A DNA stretch of 32,000 nucleotides from Delftia acidovorans NBRC 14950. GTDB taxonomy: Bacteria > Pseudomonadota > Gammaproteobacteria > Burkholderiales > Burkholderiaceae_C. The notes under the pieces are model-generated. The model was given only the letters and a program-made list of their open reading frames with translations. It was not told the DNA's origin and searched no databases. Below are positions 30,192 through 32,000 of this stretch, piece after piece. Position numbers and translations under genes: made by a program. The stretch spans positions 1 to 32,000 of the forward strand of contig NZ_BCZP01000037.1 of the NCBI RefSeq assembly GCF_001598795.1. The letters run 5' to 3'. How positions within the stretch are numbered: position 1 is the stretch's first letter; every line of letters starts with the position of its first letter.

Positions 30192-30273
30192 TTGATACTC
30201 CTTTGAATCCAATGCGCACCTGGACACCGCCGCAGGCCCACCGAGAAACCCGTTCTGGCCCGCGAAGCCGGCA

Positions 30274-31452
30274 TTACAGCTGCCACTGCCGCGCCACGGT
30301 GTGCGCGATTTCGCGGGCCTGGGCGTCCAGGGCCAGCAGGTCGTCCAGGCTGCCCAGTGTAGGCGGCAGCAAGGTTTCGAGAGTGCGCAAATTCACAGCG
30401 TGGATACGGTCAAATGCCAGGCGTCGCTCCAGGAAGGCGGCAACGGCGACTTCGTTGGAAGCATTGAGAACCGCCGTAGTTCCCTCGCTGGCGAGCAGCG
30501 CCTGCCAGGAAAGATGCAGGCCCGGAAAGCGCACGGCATCCGCCTCTTCAAAGGTCAGGGCCGACAGGTTCGCGAAATCCAGGGGCGCCGCGCCACTGGC
30601 GATGCGCCGTGGCCAGGCCAGGCCGCAGGCGATGGGCACGCGCATGTCGGGCGTGCCCAGTTGTGCCAGCACCGAGGCATCCTTGAACTGCACCATGGAG
30701 TGCACGATCTGCTGCGGGTGGATGACGACCTTGATCTTGTCGGGAGCCATGTCGAACAGCCAGCGTGCCTCGATGACCTCCAGCGCCTTGTTCATCATGG
30801 TCGCCGAGTCCACGGAGATCTTGCGCCCCATGGAGAAGTTCGGGTGCGCGCAGGCCTGCTCCGGCGTGATCTCGGACAAGGTGGCCGGATCGCGCAGGCG
30901 AAAGGGTCCGCCCGACGCCGTGAGCAGCAGACTGTCCACGCGATCGGGCCAGCTGGCTCGGTCTTCCGGCAGGCACTGGAAAATGGCCGAATGCTCGCTG
31001 TCTATGGGCAGCAGGGTCGCGCCGTGGCGCTTGACCGTGTCCATGAACAGTGCGCCGCCAACGACCAGAGCCTCCTTGTTGGCCAGCAGCAGGCGCTTGC
31101 CCGCGCGCGCGGCCGCCAGGCAAGGCGCAAGGCCCGCCGCACCGACGATGGCCGCCATGACGGCATCGACCTCGGGATGCGAGGCGATCTGCTCCAGCGC
31201 GTCTGGCGACTGCAGCACTTCGGTCGCCAATCCATTGCTGCGCAGCTGCTCAGCCAGCAGCTTCGCGTGTGGCTCGCTGGCCATGACGGCATAGGCGGGC
31301 TTGAATTCGGCGCACTGGCGCAGCATCAGGTCCACTTGCGTGGCCGCGCTGAGTGCAAAGACCTCGTAGTGCTCGCGGTGGCGCGCCACCACGTCCAGCG
31401 TATTGGTACCGATGGAGCCTGTGGAGCCCAGGACGGTGATTTTCTGCTTCAT
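30274..31452 (-). CDS. dxr: 1-deoxy-D-xylulose-5-phosphate reductoisomerase Dxr
   Basis: MKQKITVLGSTGSIGTNTLDV (NADPH-binding site), LLLANKEALV and PIDSEHSAIFQCL. The product is 392 aa. Confidence 0.97.
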   Translation of the reverse strand: MKQKITVLGSTGSIGTNTLDVVARHREHYEVFALSAATQVDLMLRQCAEFKPAYAVMASEPHAKLLAEQLRSNGLATEVLQSPDALEQIASHPEVDAVMAAIVGAAGLAPCLAAARAGKRLLLANKEALVVGGALFMDTVKRHGATLLPIDSEHSAIFQCLPEDRASWPDRVDSLLLTASGGPFRLRDPATLSEITPEQACAHPNFSMGRKISVDSATMMNKALEVIEARWLFDMAPDKIKVVIHPQQIVHSMVQFKDASVLAQLGTPDMRVPIACGLAWPRRIASGAAPLDFANLSALTFEEADAVRFPGLHLSWQALLASEGTTAVLNASNEVAVAAFLERRLAFDRIHAVNLRTLETLLPPTLGSLDDLLALDAQAREIAHTVARQWQL

Positions 31453-32000
31453 GAATGCGCGAAAGAGGAAAGCATCATGGCCAGCGGCAGGGTCGGCAAC
31501 AGGGCATCGACGCGATCAAGCACGCCGCCATGGCCGGGCAGCAGACCACTGCTGTCCTTGACGCCCACGCTGCGCTTGACCAGGGATTCGACCAGGTCGC
31601 CGACCACGCTCATCGCGGCCATGAACACAACCGCCAGCAGCAGGAACCAGGCCCCGCGCGCCAACAGCAACGAATAGAAACTGGGCACGGCCACCGCGTA
31701 GTGGCGGTCCGCCCAGACCCAGGCCAAGGCCAGCACCAGCACGCCGGCCATGCCGCCCCACACGCCTTCCCAGCTCTTGCCAGGACTGATGGATGGCGCG
31801 AGCTTGGACTTGGTGAATTTCAGGCCCAGGGTCCGGCCTGCGAAATATGCAAAGACATCGGCTACCCAGACCAGCACCAGCACCGACAGCAGGAAGTTGA
31901 TGCCCATCATGCGCGCCTGCACCACGGCCACCCAGGCCAGCCACAGGGCCAGTACTCCGCCGACCAGACGCACAGGCCCCGCAATGCGCGGCCAGCCGGC
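31449..32000 (-). CDS. cdsA: Phosphatidate cytidylyltransferase CdsA (5' end lies beyond the window)
   Basis: The CDP-diglyceride synthase signature SLVKRSVGVKDSSGLLPGHGGVLDRVDALL is present and the product is a multi-TM protein. The frame stays open to position 32000. The stop overlaps the dxr ATG by 4 nt (ATGA). Confidence 0.92.
   Translation of the reverse strand, partial: AGWPRIAGPVRLVGGVLALWLAWVAVVQARMMGINFLLSVLVLVWVADVFAYFAGRTLGLKFTKSKLAPSISPGKSWEGVWGGMAGVLVLALAWVWADRHYAVAVPSFYSLLLARGAWFLLLAVVFMAAMSVVGDLVESLVKRSVGVKDSSGLLPGHGGVLDRVDALLPTLPLAMMLSSFAHS

Noticed and set aside
27639-30206. An 855-aa plus-strand ORF spanning the bamA 5' end and rseP
   Set aside because: It is antisense to two clearly identified genes and crosses their intergenic gap. 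Its composition is a low-complexity, high-GC artefact.

Overview
This is a high-GC chromosomal core region. Gene order and protein sequences point to a beta-proteobacterium (Burkholderiales, Comamonadaceae-like); that assignment is an inference. The window is almost entirely coding and almost entirely housekeeping.

Left third, a phosphate/polyphosphate module:
- pstS (-), with the probable start of pstC at the window edge.
- A divergent full-length exopolyphosphatase ppx (+).
- A convergent polyphosphate kinase ppk (-).
- A divergent second, short Ppx/GppA paralogue (+).
- A PAS-GGDEF-EAL c-di-GMP protein (+).

Middle: glmM-folP and ftsH-rlmE (-), a divergent yhbY plus an uncharacterised glycosyltransferase-like gene (+), then a DUF4149-like gene, greA, and carB-carA (-).

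Right third, the classic envelope cluster on the minus strand: TrmH-family methyltransferase, rnhB, lpxB, lpxA, fabZ, lpxD, skp, bamA, rseP, dxr and cdsA (cdsA truncated by the window end).

I found no rRNA, tRNA, CRISPR array, integrase/transposase, phage or defence-type genes, and no obvious compositional island. I do not see a convincing novel multi-gene system here. The observations worth a second look are modest:
- Pho-box-like TGTCA repeat arrays in both divergent control regions of the polyP module. One overlaps the nominal ppk start.
- A duplicated, C-terminally truncated Ppx/GppA paralogue.
- A low-complexity N-terminal extension on PPK.
- An orphan GT-like gene inside the greA-yhbY-rlmE-ftsH neighbourhood.
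- A terminator-containing greA leader.

The many long antisense ORFs in the six-frame track are high-GC artefacts.
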